DNA of 64,000 bases from Lysobacterales bacterium (GTDB taxonomy: Bacteria > Pseudomonadota > Gammaproteobacteria > Xanthomonadales > SZUA-38). The notes under the pieces are model-generated. The model worked only from the letters and a program-made list of their open reading frames with translations, did not search any database and was not told the origin of the DNA. This document shows positions 31,543-42,390 of the stretch, piece after piece. Both the position numbers and the translations under genes were made by a program. How positions within the stretch are numbered: position 1 is the stretch's first letter; each line of letters starts with the position of its first letter. The stretch is taken from contig JANQOZ010000020.1 of NCBI GenBank assembly GCA_028285525.1, positions 3,663 to 67,662 of the forward strand, written 5' to 3'.

Positions 31543-33561
31543 TCAGGCCGCAGCCAGCTCCGCCGGGTCGACAATCGGCGCGGAGCAGCGTGTTCCCTCG
31601 CAACGGTAGGCGGTAAAGCTGCCCTTCGCCGGATAGCGATCGATCAGCGAAGCGGGATCCAGTGCGTAGACCTGGTCACGCACGTTGCCGCGGGAACGCA
31701 GCGTTCTCTGAAGATCCTGCACCTGCTGGGCCTCGCCCCGCATAACTACCAGCGCCGGCGGGTTGAGCCACTCATCCAGCGCTTCGAGCATGGCGCCGCA
31801 GGCCTGGGGCGCTCGCTGCAGCTCGTCCCACGCGCTCTTGAGGGTGCGTTCGGCGGCGTTCACAAAAACCAGATTATCCAGCAGGCGACCCAGGCGCAGC
31901 AGGCTTCGGGCAGCAACGGCGTTGCCCGCCGGCGTCGCGTCGTCCTGCATGGGCCTCGGCCGCTGAATGAGAGGCTCATGATCGTTGGCGGTAAAAAAGA
32001 ACCCGCCCTGATATGGATCTTCAAAATGGGCCAGCAGCGCACGGGCGAGCTGCTTCGCAAAAGCGAGATCTGCTGGTCGGAAAGCAACGCTCAGGAGCTC
32101 CAGCACCCCGTCCAGCAAAAATGCGTAGTCGTCGAGGAACGCCATCTGGTAGCACCGCGAGCCCCGCGACACCGCCAGCAGACGGCCGCCCTCCCACAGG
32201 CGGGAGCGCACAAAGTCGAGCGAGCGCTGGGCAGCAGCCAGCAGCGCGGGGTCTCCCGTCGCGCGAGCCGCGGCCGCTAGCGCGCTGACGGTCAATCCAT
32301 TGACGCTGCTCAGCACCTTGTCATCACGATCCGGCGCGGGGCGAAGGCGGCGGTGTCCCAGCAGCTTTTTCCGGGCGTTGTAGAGACACTCCTCGGCCAG
32401 CGATCGGCCGATACCCATTCGCCGCGCCACCTTGCTCAGGGGTTTGCCCGACCCAAGGTGCCAGCGCTCGCCGTCCATATTCGCCGGCTGATCAAAGCCC
32501 CAGCAGGCACCCGCGATCTGGGCCTCGATGTCGCTGAGATTCGCAGCCAGCTCGTCCCGAGACCAGAGATAGTACTGGCCTTCTTTGCCCTCTGAGTCTG
32601 CGTCCAGCGCGGTGACAAAGCCGCCGCCCGACGACGCGAGCTCGCGCTCCATGAAGGCGGCGAGCTGGCGGGCGACCTCCACGAAGTCGTCGCGCTTGAA
32701 GCGTTCCCCGGCCATGGCATAAAGCCACAGCAGCTGCGCGTTATCGCTCGTCATTTTTTCGAAGTGCGGAACACTCCACGCGCCGTCTACGCTGTAGCGA
32801 AAAAAGCCGCCGCCCAGCTGGTCAAACAGGCCACCGCCGGCCATCCGTCCGAGGGTGTTTTCCAGCATCCGATCCGCCGCCGACTGCTGCTCCGGGTCAA
32901 ACGACGACCAGCTCAGCAGGAAGCGCAGCAGCGGCGGATTGGGAAATTTCGGCGCTGACCCGAAGCCACCGTAAATCGGATCATACTGGCGCTGGAGGTT
33001 GCTGAGCGCCGCGGACGCCGGGCTTATCGACAGCGCCCGGTCGGTCGCCGTCACCTGGGTTGACCGAGACAGAAAGTCCCGCAGCCGCTCCGTCTGGTCG
33101 TCGAGTTTTTCTCGCTTGGTTTCCCAGGCTTTGCTGATATTGGTCAGCACGTCCCGGAACCCCGGCACGCCGTCCCGCCCGCTCGACGGGAAGTAGGTTC
33201 CGGCAAAAAAGGGTGTCTGCGAGTGAGGATCCAGCACCAGCGTCAGCGGCCAACCGCCTGGATGTTCCGTGATCACCTGATGACTGAGCTGATAGATACG
33301 GTCCAGATCGGGCCGCTCTTCGCGGTCCACCTTGATGCACACGAAGTTTTCGTTAAGCACCTCAGCCGTGTCCGGGTCCTCAAACGACTCACTGGACATC
33401 ACGTGGCACCAGTGACACGCGGAATAGCCGATGGACAGCAGCACCGGGACGTCTTTTTCCCGGGCCGCCGCGAGCGCTTCTTTGCACCACGGCCACCAGT
33501 GCACCGGCTGACCCGCATGCTGCTGGAGGTAGGGGCTGGGCGAGTCGGCCAGACGATTCAA
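31543..33561 (-). CDS. YyaL/SPATA20-like thioredoxin-domain protein
   Basis: NRLADSPSPYLQQHA, GYSACHWCHVM, KVDREERPD, PHFEKM, DADSEG. Confidence 0.92.
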   Translation of the reverse strand: MNRLADSPSPYLQQHAGQPVHWWPWCKEALAAAREKDVPVLLSIGYSACHWCHVMSSESFEDPDTAEVLNENFVCIKVDREERPDLDRIYQLSHQVITEHPGGWPLTLVLDPHSQTPFFAGTYFPSSGRDGVPGFRDVLTNISKAWETKREKLDDQTERLRDFLSRSTQVTATDRALSISPASAALSNLQRQYDPIYGGFGSAPKFPNPPLLRFLLSWSSFDPEQQSAADRMLENTLGRMAGGGLFDQLGGGFFRYSVDGAWSVPHFEKMTSDNAQLLWLYAMAGERFKRDDFVEVARQLAAFMERELASSGGGFVTALDADSEGKEGQYYLWSRDELAANLSDIEAQIAGACWGFDQPANMDGERWHLGSGKPLSKVARRMGIGRSLAEECLYNARKKLLGHRRLRPAPDRDDKVLSSVNGLTVSALAAAARATGDPALLAAAQRSLDFVRSRLWEGGRLLAVSRGSRCYQMAFLDDYAFLLDGVLELLSVAFRPADLAFAKQLARALLAHFEDPYQGGFFFTANDHEPLIQRPRPMQDDATPAGNAVAARSLLRLGRLLDNLVFVNAAERTLKSAWDELQRAPQACGAMLEALDEWLNPPALVVMRGEAQQVQDLQRTLRSRGNVRDQVYALDPASLIDRYPAKGSFTAYRCEGTRCSAPIVDPAELAAA

Positions 33562-33737
33562 ACGGGTGCTTTCCTTGTGCCACGATGAGGACTACTGCCC
33601 CAGTATAGCGGCGGCAGACCCTGTTTCAGACCGGAAATCCGTCGCGACGTTCGATCGAGGCGACGCGCGGTGCTCCAACATGGGCCCTCAGCCCCTGGAA
33701 AGCATCGACGACCCGTAAACTCGGGTAGAATCGCGCG

Positions 33738-34589
33738 ATGCCGTTTCTCGTCGATTTTGACCCCGTAGCCGTTCAGCTCGGGCCCCTGAAGGTGCACTGG
33801 TACGGGCTGATGTACCTGCTGGGGTTTCTGACCTTTCTGCTGCTGGGCAACTACCGGGCCCGCCGGCCCGGCAGCGACTGGACCGAGGCTGAGGTCAGCG
33901 ATTTTCTGTTCTACGGCGTGCTCGGCGTGGTGCTGGGTGGGCGCATCGGCTACCTGCTGTTTTACGACCTGGGCGCGGTACTGGATGACCCGCACCGTAT
34001 CTATCAGATCTGGAACGGCGGCATGTCGTTTCATGGCGGTCTGATCGGCGTCGGCGTGGCGTTCGCGTGGTTCGCGAGAAAGACCGGCAAACCCTATCAC
34101 CGGATCGCCGATTTTGTGATCCCGATGGTCGCACCCGGGCTGTTTTTCGGCCGGATCGGCAACTTTATCGGCGGCGAGCTCTGGGGCCGGCAGAGCAACG
34201 TGCCGTGGGCGATGATTTTCCCGCAGTCCATCACGCCGGTACTCAGCCCCGACGCGCTTAAGGCTGAATACCTCGCCGGCAATCTCAACCACCTGGCTCG
34301 CCATCCGTCCCAGCTCTACGAAGCGCTGCTCGAAGGGCTGGTCCTGTTTATGATCGTGTGGGCCTATTCCAGCAAGCCGAGGCCACCGCTGGCGGTCACC
34401 GGCCTGTTTTTTGTCGGCTACGGCATTTTTCGGTCGGCGGTTGAGTGGTTCCGCGAGCCGGATCGGGATATCGGGTTCCTGGCCGGTGGCTGGCTGACCA
34501 TGGGGCAGCTGCTGTCCTGGCCGCTGATCGCTGTGGGCTTGGTCATGCTGGCGCTGGCGTTCCGACGTGCACCCCTGAAAACCCAATAA
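33738..34589 (+). CDS. lgt: prolipoprotein diacylglyceryl transferase
   Basis: [39 protein letters not shown]. Confidence 0.96.
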   Translation: MPFLVDFDPVAVQLGPLKVHWYGLMYLLGFLTFLLLGNYRARRPGSDWTEAEVSDFLFYGVLGVVLGGRIGYLLFYDLGAVLDDPHRIYQIWNGGMSFHGGLIGVGVAFAWFARKTGKPYHRIADFVIPMVAPGLFFGRIGNFIGGELWGRQSNVPWAMIFPQSITPVLSPDALKAEYLAGNLNHLARHPSQLYEALLEGLVLFMIVWAYSSKPRPPLAVTGLFFVGYGIFRSAVEWFREPDRDIGFLAGGWLTMGQLLSWPLIAVGLVMLALAFRRAPLKTQ

Positions 34590-34596
34590 AAAAGTT

Positions 34597-35391
34597 ATGG
34601 ACACCTATCTCAAGCTTCTGAATCACATTGTTGAGCACGGCGAACAGCGGGGAGACCGCACAGGCACGGGGACTTTGAGCGTCTTCGGCTATCAGATGCG
34701 GTTTGATCTCGGCGAGGGATTTCCCCTCCTGACCACCAAGAAGCTGCATTTGAGGTCCATCATCCATGAGCTGCTCTGGTTCCTGCGCGGCGACGACAAC
34801 ATCACATACCTCAAAGAAAACGGGGTCTCAATCTGGGACGAATGGGCCGATGAGCAGGGAAATCTCGGGCCGGTCTATGGGTACCAGTGGCGCAGCTGGC
34901 CGGACTACAGCGGCGGGCACGTCGATCAGATTGCCCGGGTGCTGCACGACATCCGACATAATCCTGACTCACGGCGCCATATCGTCTGCGCCTGGAACGT
35001 GGCCCAGATCGAGCAAATGGCGCTGCCACCCTGCCACACGCTGTTTCAGTTTTACGTCGCCGGCCGCCGCCTGTCCTGCCAGCTATACCAGCGCTCGGCC
35101 GACGTATTTCTGGGCGTGCCGTTCAACATCGCGTCCTACGCGCTGCTGACCATGATGGTGGCCCAGGTGAGCGGCCTGAAGCCCGGGGATTTTGTGCATA
35201 CGTTTGGGGACGCCCATCTATACCTGAACCATCTGGATCAGGCCCGGGAGCAGCTAACGCGCACCCCGCGGGCGCTGCCGACGATGTCGCTGAACCCCGA
35301 GGTGGACGATCTCTTTGCATTCCGCTTCGAGGATTTCACGCTCGAGAACTACGACCCGCATCCACATATCAAGGCGCCGATCGCCGTGTAG
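34597..35391 (+). CDS. thyA: thymidylate synthase
   Basis: DRTGTGT, IWDEWA, MALPPCH, YQRSAD, PFNIASY, C-terminal IAV. Confidence 0.97.
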   Translation: MDTYLKLLNHIVEHGEQRGDRTGTGTLSVFGYQMRFDLGEGFPLLTTKKLHLRSIIHELLWFLRGDDNITYLKENGVSIWDEWADEQGNLGPVYGYQWRSWPDYSGGHVDQIARVLHDIRHNPDSRRHIVCAWNVAQIEQMALPPCHTLFQFYVAGRRLSCQLYQRSADVFLGVPFNIASYALLTMMVAQVSGLKPGDFVHTFGDAHLYLNHLDQAREQLTRTPRALPTMSLNPEVDDLFAFRFEDFTLENYDPHPHIKAPIAV

Positions 35392-35412
35392 TCCCCCGGT
35401 GGGCCGAGCGGA

Positions 35413-36675
35413 TCAGGGGATGACCATCTTGCCTTCGAGCATGTCCTGGTAGCGCCGCCCCAGCGATAGGGCCAGCACGGCCCAGATCAGCGCCGCAAAC
35501 ATGCCGACAATCGAGATGGCGCTGAGTCCGCCGCCGGTCGCCATCATGCCGGTAAAGGTCCAGGCGCCCGTGCTGTCACCGGCGCGATACACGACGGTAT
35601 TGGCAAACTGCTTGAACTTGTAGCGCGACTGAGGCCCGACCACGGTAAAGAGCATGCCGACAGCCGGATTGTTAATCGCAAACAGCACCGCCCGACGCAG
35701 CGCCTGGATGACGGCAATGACGCCGAGCACCGGCGTTACGGCGATCACCCCAAACCCGACCAGGGCCAGCGCCGGCAGCAGCAGGAGTGTCAGGCCGAGA
35801 CCGAGCCAGCGAACAATGCCGGCGGTGAAAAGCAGCTGGATCACAATGGTGAGGGTGTTGGCCAGGAGGTCGAGCCGGGCGAACAGGCCGGTCATCGATT
35901 CGGTGCCCTCGAAGCGTTCAGCCACAACCTGGGCCTGCTCAAAGTACAGCAGGGAACCCGAGAAGGTCCCCAGAAACATGATCCCGCAGAACGCGGCGAG
36001 GTAGCCGTACTTAAACGGGAGCGTAAAGCCGGCGAAGATGCTGCCACCCATCGCTTCCTCCGGGTCGGGCCGGGTCCCCTGCACCGGTCGACCGCGCGAC
36101 CAGCGCAGCAGCCAGAACTGGCACACGAGCGCGAGCAGCAGCAGCGCCGCTGAAAGCAGCGGCAGCCCCGCCGTGCCGATCCGATCCACCAGCAGACTGA
36201 CCAGCAGCGGGCCGGTGATAGCGCCGATGCTGCCGCCCGCGGCGATGGCGCCGAAAAGCCGCCGTGCCTGGCCAGCCGCAAACAGATCGGCCATGAAGCT
36301 CCAGAACACCGGGACCACAAACAGATTGAAGATGCTCACCCAGACAAAAAACACCCGCGGCAGCCAGACGCTGTCCGGAAACGTCACAAAAGCCCAGTGG
36401 AGCAGCAGCAGGTTGAACACAAAAAAGCTGTAGACGATGGGCAGAAACTTGCGGCGCGGCAGGCGACTGGTCAGCCAGCCGTAAAGCGGCACGATGGCCA
36501 GCATGCAGACAAACGTCGCCGTGAAGAGATACTGCATCGAATCGACGCCGCCGCTGACGGCCAGCGCGTCTCGAAGGGGCCGTACGGTGTAGTAGCTGGA
36601 AAGGATAAAAAAGAAGTAGAGAAACGAGGCGGACGCCGGCAGCCATTCGTCCCGCCGGATATCCAGCAGCTTCAC
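35413..36675 (-). CDS. MFS transporter, NTT/TLC (ADP/ATP carrier-like) family
   Basis: ~12 TMs; YYTVRPLRD, FWSFMADLF..ARRLFG, YKFKQFANTVVYRAGD. Confidence 0.8.
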   Translation of the reverse strand: MKLLDIRRDEWLPASASFLYFFFILSSYYTVRPLRDALAVSGGVDSMQYLFTATFVCMLAIVPLYGWLTSRLPRRKFLPIVYSFFVFNLLLLHWAFVTFPDSVWLPRVFFVWVSIFNLFVVPVFWSFMADLFAAGQARRLFGAIAAGGSIGAITGPLLVSLLVDRIGTAGLPLLSAALLLLALVCQFWLLRWSRGRPVQGTRPDPEEAMGGSIFAGFTLPFKYGYLAAFCGIMFLGTFSGSLLYFEQAQVVAERFEGTESMTGLFARLDLLANTLTIVIQLLFTAGIVRWLGLGLTLLLLPALALVGFGVIAVTPVLGVIAVIQALRRAVLFAINNPAVGMLFTVVGPQSRYKFKQFANTVVYRAGDSTGAWTFTGMMATGGGLSAISIVGMFAALIWAVLALSLGRRYQDMLEGKMVIP

Positions 36676-37493
36676 GCCAGCGCCCCTTTGTAGCCGAGCG
36701 CCTTGATGATCCTCGGGTGACTGGCGTCATCGTCGATGGTGGCAACCTGTTCAAAGACGGGCGTAAACAGGTCCAGCAACGCCTCCCGCTGATCCAGGCC
36801 ATGCTCCAGCAGCAGGCTGCCGCCGCGCTGAAGGTGACGGGACAGTCCCTGAGCAATGGCGCGATAGGCTTCCAGGCCGTCGTCACCGCCGAGAAGCGCC
36901 AGCTCGGGTTCCCCACGGGTGGTCATCCGAGGGTCGCCGGGAACAACGTAGGGCGGGTTGGAGACCACCATGTCGAAACGGCGATCGCCGAGCGGTTCCC
37001 ACCAGGAACCCTGCAGCGTCTCGATCCGGGTACAGTCATGCTGCGCGAAGTTTTCGCGCGCCACGGCCAGGGCCGTGTCCGACAGGTCAACCGCGCAGAT
37101 CCTGGCATCAGGTCGGTGGACGGCCACGGCAACCGCAATCGCCCCGCTCCCCGTGCCCAGATCCACGAGCGTTCCACGCCATGCAGGCTCCGTGAGCTCC
37201 AGGACCGCTTCCACCAGCAGCTCGGTCTCCGGTCGCGGCACCAGCGTATCGACGGTGACCTTGAGCGGCAGCGAAAAGAACTCCCAGCTGCCGAGCAGAT
37301 AGGCCAGCGGTTCGCCCCGACGCAGTCTGACCAGATCCCCTTGCAGCGCGTCGGCTGTCGCCGACGGCACGGGATCCTCGCCGTGCGCATACAGCCAGCT
37401 GCGGGGCCGGCCCAGACGGTGGGCAAGCAGCCTTTCAGCGCTCAGCCGGTCGCGGGAACCGGCAGCGGCAAGCAGTTCAGCCGCCGTTGGCAA
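36672..37493 (-). CDS. prmC: release factor glutamine methyltransferase
   Basis: [35 protein letters not shown]. Confidence 0.93.
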   Translation of the reverse strand: MPTAAELLAAAGSRDRLSAERLLAHRLGRPRSWLYAHGEDPVPSATADALQGDLVRLRRGEPLAYLLGSWEFFSLPLKVTVDTLVPRPETELLVEAVLELTEPAWRGTLVDLGTGSGAIAVAVAVHRPDARICAVDLSDTALAVARENFAQHDCTRIETLQGSWWEPLGDRRFDMVVSNPPYVVPGDPRMTTRGEPELALLGGDDGLEAYRAIAQGLSRHLQRGGSLLLEHGLDQREALLDLFTPVFEQVATIDDDASHPRIIKALGYKGALA

Positions 37494-39192
37494 GTCGGGC
37501 CTGTATGTCGGTCACCAGGGTGTCGAGCGGCAGAAACTGATTTTCCGAGTCGCCGCGCGCCCGGTATTCAACCTGCCCCTGGTCGAGACCCTTCTCACCG
37601 ACAACCAGCCGGTGCGGGACGCCGATCAGTTCCCAGTCGGCGAACATCACCCCGGGCCGCAGGCCCCGATCATCGAGCACCACCTCGATGCCGGCAGCCT
37701 GGAGGTCAGAGTAAATCTGCTCAACGGCTTCCCGCACCCGGTGCGACTTGTGGGCGTTCATCGGCAGCAGCGCCAGCTCAAACGGCGCGATGGCGACCGG
37801 CCAGCGGATGCCGGCATCGTCATGATGCTGCTCGATGGCCGCGGCGACGAAGCGGCTCACGCCGATGCCGTAGCAGCCCATCAGCAGGTGCTGGGCTTTG
37901 CCCTGCTCGTCCAGCACCGTGACGCCCATTGATTCAGAGTACTTGGTGCCGAGCTGGAAGATGTGCCCCACTTCGATACCGCGAGCCATGGCCAGCGTAC
38001 CGGCGCCGTCCGGGCTCGGGTCACCCGGCTCCACGTTGCGAAGATCCGCGGTCTCGGTGATCGACGCGTCACGCTCCCAGTTCGTGCCGACATAGTGAAA
38101 GCCGTTTTCGTTGGCGCCGCAGACGAAGTCGGCCATCACCGCCGCGCTGCGGTCGGCGATGACCGGCAGCGCCGTTCCGACCGGCCCGAGAAAACCGGGC
38201 TCGGCGCCGAACGCCTCCTGGATCTGCGCTTCGGTGGCCATGGCAAAACCCTCGGCAAAGCGGGCGAGCCGACCGAGCTTGATTTCGTTGAGCTGATGGT
38301 CGCCCCGCAGCACCAGCACGACCAGATCACCTTCGCTGTCCGCCACCACCAGCGTCTTCAAACACTGCGATGCCGGCACGTCGAGGTGCTCAGCGACCGC
38401 CTGAATGGTGCGCTGCGTGGGCGTGGCAACCTTGTCCAGCGACGCCGCGGGCGCCGGCCGTTCGGTAACCGACGGCACCGCTTCAGCGGTTTCCACGTTT
38501 GCGGCGTAGTCGCTGTCGGGGCAGTACGCAATGGCGTCTTCACCCGATTCGGCAATCACCTGAAATTCGTGGGAGTGGCTTCCGCCGATGGCGCCGGAGT
38601 CAGCCTGCACGGCGCGGTACTCGAGCCCCATACGCTGGCACATGCGCGAATACGCGTCGTACATCCGCTGGTACGTTTCGTCCATGGACGCCTGGTCCAG
38701 ATGGAAGGAGTAGCCGTCCTTCATAATGAACTCGCGCGCCCGCATGACGCCGAAGCGCGGCCGGATCTCATCGCGAAACTTGGTTTGGATCTGGTAGAAA
38801 TTCACGGGCAGCTGCTTGTAGCTGCGGATCTCGTCGCGCGCAAACTCCGAGATCACCTCCTCGTGTGTCGGGCCGAAACAGAACTCCCGCTCCGCCCGGT
38901 CCACCATCTTGAGCAGCTGAGGGCCGAAGACGTCCCAGCGGCCGGACTCACGCCACAGCTCCGCGGGCTGCACGGCCGGCATCAGCATCTCCAGCGCGCC
39001 GGCCCGGTTCATTTCCTCCCGCACGATGTTCTCCACCTTGCGCAGTACGCGAAAGCCAAGCGGAGTCCACGTGTAGATGCCGGATGTCAGACGCCGTATC
39101 ATCGCGGTCCGAAGCATCAGCTGATGGCTCGCGATCTCCGCATCGGCTGGAGTTTCCTTGACCGTGGTGATGTGAAATTGTGCCGCACGCAT
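37477..39192 (-). CDS. proS: proline--tRNA ligase
   Basis: [45 protein letters not shown]; ATG at 39192. Confidence 0.97.
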   Translation of the reverse strand: MRAAQFHITTVKETPADAEIASHQLMLRTAMIRRLTSGIYTWTPLGFRVLRKVENIVREEMNRAGALEMLMPAVQPAELWRESGRWDVFGPQLLKMVDRAEREFCFGPTHEEVISEFARDEIRSYKQLPVNFYQIQTKFRDEIRPRFGVMRAREFIMKDGYSFHLDQASMDETYQRMYDAYSRMCQRMGLEYRAVQADSGAIGGSHSHEFQVIAESGEDAIAYCPDSDYAANVETAEAVPSVTERPAPAASLDKVATPTQRTIQAVAEHLDVPASQCLKTLVVADSEGDLVVLVLRGDHQLNEIKLGRLARFAEGFAMATEAQIQEAFGAEPGFLGPVGTALPVIADRSAAVMADFVCGANENGFHYVGTNWERDASITETADLRNVEPGDPSPDGAGTLAMARGIEVGHIFQLGTKYSESMGVTVLDEQGKAQHLLMGCYGIGVSRFVAAAIEQHHDDAGIRWPVAIAPFELALLPMNAHKSHRVREAVEQIYSDLQAAGIEVVLDDRGLRPGVMFADWELIGVPHRLVVGEKGLDQGQVEYRARGDSENQFLPLDTLVTDIQARLANGG

Positions 39193-39235
39193 GGCCGAAC
39201 ACCTAAACCCAAAGGCGCGAATCTTACCACTGGAC

Positions 39236-40030
39236 ATGACTCGATACGTGATTGGCGATGTGCAGGGCTGTTTTGGCCCGCTGATGCGGCTGCTGAAACG
39301 GCTCAAGTTCGACCCGCAGCGCGATCGCGTCTGGCTGGCGGGCGACCTGGTGAACCGCGGTGGACAGTCGCTTGAGGTGCTTCGTTACGTGGTGGAACAT
39401 CAGCACGCGTTTCGAGCCGTGCTGGGCAATCATGACCTGCACCTTCTCGCCCATGCTGCTGGACTGATCGAGCGCCCGGAAAAGGAGCTGGCCCGGGTGG
39501 TCGATGCTCCCGACGGCCCGGTGCTGATCGACTGGCTGCGCCGTCAGAAGCTGCTGAAGGTCTTTCGCAAACACAACGTGCTTTTGGCCCACGCCGGCGT
39601 ACATCCCGGCTGGTCTGTGCCGATGGCCGAAGCGCTGGCGAATGAGGTAGAGAAAGGTCTGCGCGGACGCAATTGGGGCAAACACCTGGCGCGCAGCTAC
39701 GGCGGCAAGATCGGCTGGGATCCATCGCTGGAGGGCAGCCGGCGATTAAAAGCCATCACCGCCAGCCTGACCCGGATGCGTTATCTAACCGCCGGCGGCT
39801 CCTTCGACTCGGTCAATAAAGGCCCACCCGGGACGCAGGGCGCAGACCTCTTCCCCTGGTTTTCGCTTCCCAGCGTCCGCCCGACGCGCTGGCGGGTGCT
39901 CTTTGGCCACTGGGCCACGCTGGGGTACCTCGCCACCCCGCAGGCGGTCTGTCTGGACTCCGGCTGCGTGTGGGGCGGTCGCCTGACCGCCGTTAAGCTC
40001 AAGCAGCCCGACAAGCCTATCCAGGTTTAA
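39236..40030 (+). CDS. apaH: symmetrical bis(5'-nucleosyl)-tetraphosphatase
   Basis: [37 protein letters not shown]. Confidence 0.94.
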   Translation: MTRYVIGDVQGCFGPLMRLLKRLKFDPQRDRVWLAGDLVNRGGQSLEVLRYVVEHQHAFRAVLGNHDLHLLAHAAGLIERPEKELARVVDAPDGPVLIDWLRRQKLLKVFRKHNVLLAHAGVHPGWSVPMAEALANEVEKGLRGRNWGKHLARSYGGKIGWDPSLEGSRRLKAITASLTRMRYLTAGGSFDSVNKGPPGTQGADLFPWFSLPSVRPTRWRVLFGHWATLGYLATPQAVCLDSGCVWGGRLTAVKLKQPDKPIQV

Positions 40031-40809
40031 CCGATCGTGAGTCTCTGGGGACCGCTGCCCGGCGCTCGGCGCAGCTCACCCGCCGACTCGAGCTCGAGTT
40101 TGACCGTGGTGACGTGCCAGCCAAGTGAGCCGAGCGAGACCCGCTCCGCCTTGCTGAGCCTGCGGTCCACCAGCCCGGGCAGGTCCTTAAAGAGGACCGG
40201 GTCCTTTCGGCTGCCGACAACCGCCAGGATACGGTCGCGCAGCATCTCAAATTTCCAGGCTGGAATCCGGTTGGGTTTCTTCCCGATTGTCGGCGTCCGG
40301 CATAAGACCTTGTCGTCGACGACCCTCGGCAGATACTCGACGATCGAGAAGCCGTGCTCGTGCTTCAGGTCCGGGTCCTGTTCGCTCATGGCCCAGCCGG
40401 ACCAGCGCTTTGATGAGATTCGGGGAAACCAGGTATCAGCTCTCGCAACCCGGGTGTGCACGTGGGTGATCAGCAAACGACTGGCCTGGCGCAGCGTGGC
40501 CCGATAGATTTCGCCGCCGCCGATGACCATCACCTCGTCGGAGTCCGCCATCGCCAGCGCGCCACTCAGGGTAGCGGCCAGCAGACAGCCCGCTGGCGCG
40601 GTCTTCATGGATCGCGACAGGATCAGATTCTGGCGACGCGGCAGCGCCTTGCCCACTTCCTCAAAGGTACGGCGCCCCATCAGCACGGTCTTGCCGACCG
40701 TCGAGGACTTAAAGTGCTTGAGGTCCGCCGGCAGGTGCCAGGGCAATCCGCCATCGATACCGATGGCGCGCGCCTGGTCCATAGCGGCGATCAAAGTCAG
40801 TGTTTTCAT
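40027..40809 (-). CDS. folA: dihydrofolate reductase with ~95-aa C-terminal extra domain
   Basis: IG..GGLPWHLPADLKHFK, MGRRT, LPRRQN, VIGGGEIY, DTWFP; ORF continues ~95 aa past the DHFR end. Confidence 0.9.
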   Translation of the reverse strand: MKTLTLIAAMDQARAIGIDGGLPWHLPADLKHFKSSTVGKTVLMGRRTFEEVGKALPRRQNLILSRSMKTAPAGCLLAATLSGALAMADSDEVMVIGGGEIYRATLRQASRLLITHVHTRVARADTWFPRISSKRWSGWAMSEQDPDLKHEHGFSIVEYLPRVVDDKVLCRTPTIGKKPNRIPAWKFEMLRDRILAVVGSRKDPVLFKDLPGLVDRRLSKAERVSLGSLGWHVTTVKLELESAGELRRAPGSGPQRLTIG

Positions 40810-40835
40810 GATGTGTTTCGTCTGTGGGTGGGAGC

Positions 40836-42308
40836 TCAGGTGCCATCGGGCCCGGGGAAGACCTGGTTGCGGCCGGCGTCTTTTGCCCGATACAGGCGCC
40901 GATCCGCTTTGGACATCATCTCGGACCAGCCGCAGGTGCCCTGGTTGTCGGCCACGCCGATACTGATCGTGACGCTGAGACCGGTCTGCAGCTCATCCCA
41001 GCTCCTGCGTTCGACGGCCACGCGCAGCTTCTCACATGCTGTGACAGAGCCTGCCTCGTCGGTGCCGGGCATCACAAGCACAAACTCCTCGCCGCCAAAG
41101 CGAGCCAGGACGTCTTCGGTGCGTATCCGGTCTAGCAGCAGTTCAACCAGCTGCTTGAGCACCTCATCTCCAACGGTGTGCGAGTACCGATCATTGACCT
41201 GCTTGAAGTGGTCCAGATCCAGCACCGCCAGCGACAGCGGCGTGCCGTGACGCTCAGCGAAGTTGTATTCCTTGCCGAGACAGCTATCCAGATAGCGGCG
41301 GTTGTACGTACCGGTCAGCGGATCGCGGATGCTCAGCCGTTCAAGCTCCGCTTTCTGAGCCTCGACTTCCTGCAGCGCCTCGGCCAGCTCGACGTTCCGC
41401 AGGTGTGATACCGCTCGCTCCATCTGAGCACGTTCCAGATCACGCTGGTTCACCATCGACTGAACGCGTGCCGTTGCCAGTTCCTCGAGCATGTCGGTCT
41501 GAACCTGGTGATACGCCTTAAAATGTGCGAGGGCCGACTGGTGGTCACCCATATCTTCGGCCAGCTGGGCCAGCTTTTCATGGGCCCGGCCAACACCTGA
41601 GCGCGCGTTGACGGCCCGAAAGATACGCAGCGCGGAGTTCAGGTTTTCCAGCGCCTGCGTCTGATGGCCTAAGCTCGAGAGGTAGTCGCTGAAGTGCAGC
41701 AGGATCTCGGCCTCGCTGCGGGTTTCCTTTTCCTGGTGGCAGTGTGCAATGGCGCTGGCGAACCATTCGCCTGCCGCTTCCACGTCACCTTTGGCCGCAA
41801 GAGCCCGGGCACGCGCTCCCTCGATCCAGCCGAGCATCGCGTTTTCGCCGCTCTGCTCGGCCTGTCGCGCCGCCCGCTCGAGCTGCTTTAACGCGTCGTC
41901 GAACCGCCCTTCGCTCGCCATGGCGTCACCCATGTTGGCCAACACGCGCGCCTGCAGGCTGCGGTCTGCGGTGTGGTTGGCCAGGGCCAGGGCCTGTTCG
42001 TAGTTCTGGTATGCCTGCTGCAGGTCGCCCAGCTCTTCGTGGGCAATGCCGATGTAGTTGTGGGCGAAACCCGTTTCCTCGCGCTGGTCGTGCTCGAGAT
42101 GGAGATTGATCGATAGGCGGAGCGCGTCGAGCCCGTCGCGGTATAGGCCGAGCTGCACGAGCGCCGCCCCCTCCAGCGCCATCGCCTGCGCGGCGCGGGA
42201 AGGCTCGATGTCGTCCTGGGCCAGAAAACCACGCGCGGTCTCAGCCGCCTGCACAAAACGGGCTTCGTCAAAAGCGCTTCGGGCGGCGGCGAGCTTCGGC
42301 ATAGACAC
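40836..42308 (-). CDS. TPR-containing diguanylate cyclase
   Basis: N-terminal TPRs, coiled coil, DPLTG, DHFKQVND, RTED I-site + GGEEF. Confidence 0.92.
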   Translation of the reverse strand: MSMPKLAAARSAFDEARFVQAAETARGFLAQDDIEPSRAAQAMALEGAALVQLGLYRDGLDALRLSINLHLEHDQREETGFAHNYIGIAHEELGDLQQAYQNYEQALALANHTADRSLQARVLANMGDAMASEGRFDDALKQLERAARQAEQSGENAMLGWIEGARARALAAKGDVEAAGEWFASAIAHCHQEKETRSEAEILLHFSDYLSSLGHQTQALENLNSALRIFRAVNARSGVGRAHEKLAQLAEDMGDHQSALAHFKAYHQVQTDMLEELATARVQSMVNQRDLERAQMERAVSHLRNVELAEALQEVEAQKAELERLSIRDPLTGTYNRRYLDSCLGKEYNFAERHGTPLSLAVLDLDHFKQVNDRYSHTVGDEVLKQLVELLLDRIRTEDVLARFGGEEFVLVMPGTDEAGSVTACEKLRVAVERRSWDELQTGLSVTISIGVADNQGTCGWSEMMSKADRRLYRAKDAGRNQVFPGPDGT

Positions 42309-42390
42309 AATTATGCTGCGAGACGGCTCATTCGTCAGCCCGCCCCGCGCCAGAGGTTTCGTCGCTGATCAACAGACACGGCTTGGCCAC

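Noticed and set aside
33558-34604. Long antisense ORFs (this one, 37963-39375, 36717-37922, 4434-5621, 52814-53851 and others)
   Set aside because: Shadow frames of well-supported genes, expected in high-GC DNA; no recognisable motifs.
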